Source of the DNA: an uncultured Alicyclobacillaceae bacterium
Lineage (GTDB): Bacteria > Bacillota > Bacilli > Alicyclobacillales > Alicyclobacillaceae
NCBI GenBank assembly: GCA_964645595.1
Contig: CAZYAH010000001.1
Coordinates: 1 to 44,900 of the forward strand
Direction of reading: 5' to 3'
Length of the DNA stretch: 44,900 nt
Shown here: positions 44,681-44,900 of the stretch, piece by piece
How positions within the stretch are numbered: position 1 is the stretch's first letter
Layout of the letters: each line of letters begins with the position of its first letter
Notes under the pieces: model-generated
The model's input: only the letters and a program-made list of their open reading frames with translations
Databases searched by the model: none
Told to the model about the DNA's origin: nothing
Made by a program: the position numbers and the translations under genes

Positions 44681-44900
44681 CACTGACCGCCAAGGAAGGC
44701 CCCTGCAGATTGGTCGCAGAGCTGACAGGGAAAACATCGAATCTCCTCGTGCTCGACGAGGCAGGCCGTATCCGACGAGACCTGAACGGGGTGAAGGATC
44801 TTGTGGGACAGCTGTATGTTCCTCCCGCTCACCAGCAGCGAGAACGAGGTGCCGCCGACCACGCGCGATTCAGCCAGGACATCCCAGAATCACCATTTCC
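44674..44900 (+). CDS. rqcH: Host RqcH/FbpA (NFACT family) gene, internal fragment, interrupted by the phage and truncated by the window end
   Basis: Open frame QLALTAKEGPCRLVAELTGKTSNLLVLDEAGRIRRDLNGVKDLVGQLYVPP... matches my recollection of the NFACT-N pattern L..E..G+.SN..L.D..G.I.....G..Y.PP. Confidence 0.72.

Noticed and set aside
44632-44862. 76-aa minus-strand ORF across the junction
   Set aside because: The plus-strand frame gives a recognisable RqcH/NFACT segment; this ORF is its shadow.

Overview
The window is an essentially complete ~44.6-kb temperate tailed phage of podovirus-type layout, followed by 220 bp of host DNA. The phage part has a split terminase, P22-like portal, scaffold, capsid, adaptors/nozzle and three ejection proteins, and no tape measure. 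Bases 1-55 repeat exactly at 44626-44680. After the right copy the sequence runs in frame into a host RqcH/FbpA (NFACT-family) gene fragment. The left end is therefore best read as the circular attP junction and the right end as attR inside rqcH. Modules in order: short tyrosine integrase; leftward replication genes with an extragenic iteron array; an AT-rich region with a dif-like site; head genes; a methyl-/glycosyltransferase cassette; podoviral tail and ejection genes; four Cys-rich tail-spike/adhesin-like genes with signal peptides; lysis genes; a long leftward early operon (YqaJ, RecT-like, three HNH, Mom-like); and a divergent pair of ribbon-helix-helix regulators. Most notable: (1) a 13-6-13 att site whose two attR arms each have a perfect inverted copy in the phage, one matching host rather than phage sequence; (2) tail-spike-like proteins with Sec signal peptides; (3) a twice-repeated, covarying RNA hairpin plus terminator element, the first copy directly after a small DUF2292-like gene. 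A Nitrospira-like host is only an impression from protein styles. All family calls come from motif recognition, not database searches.
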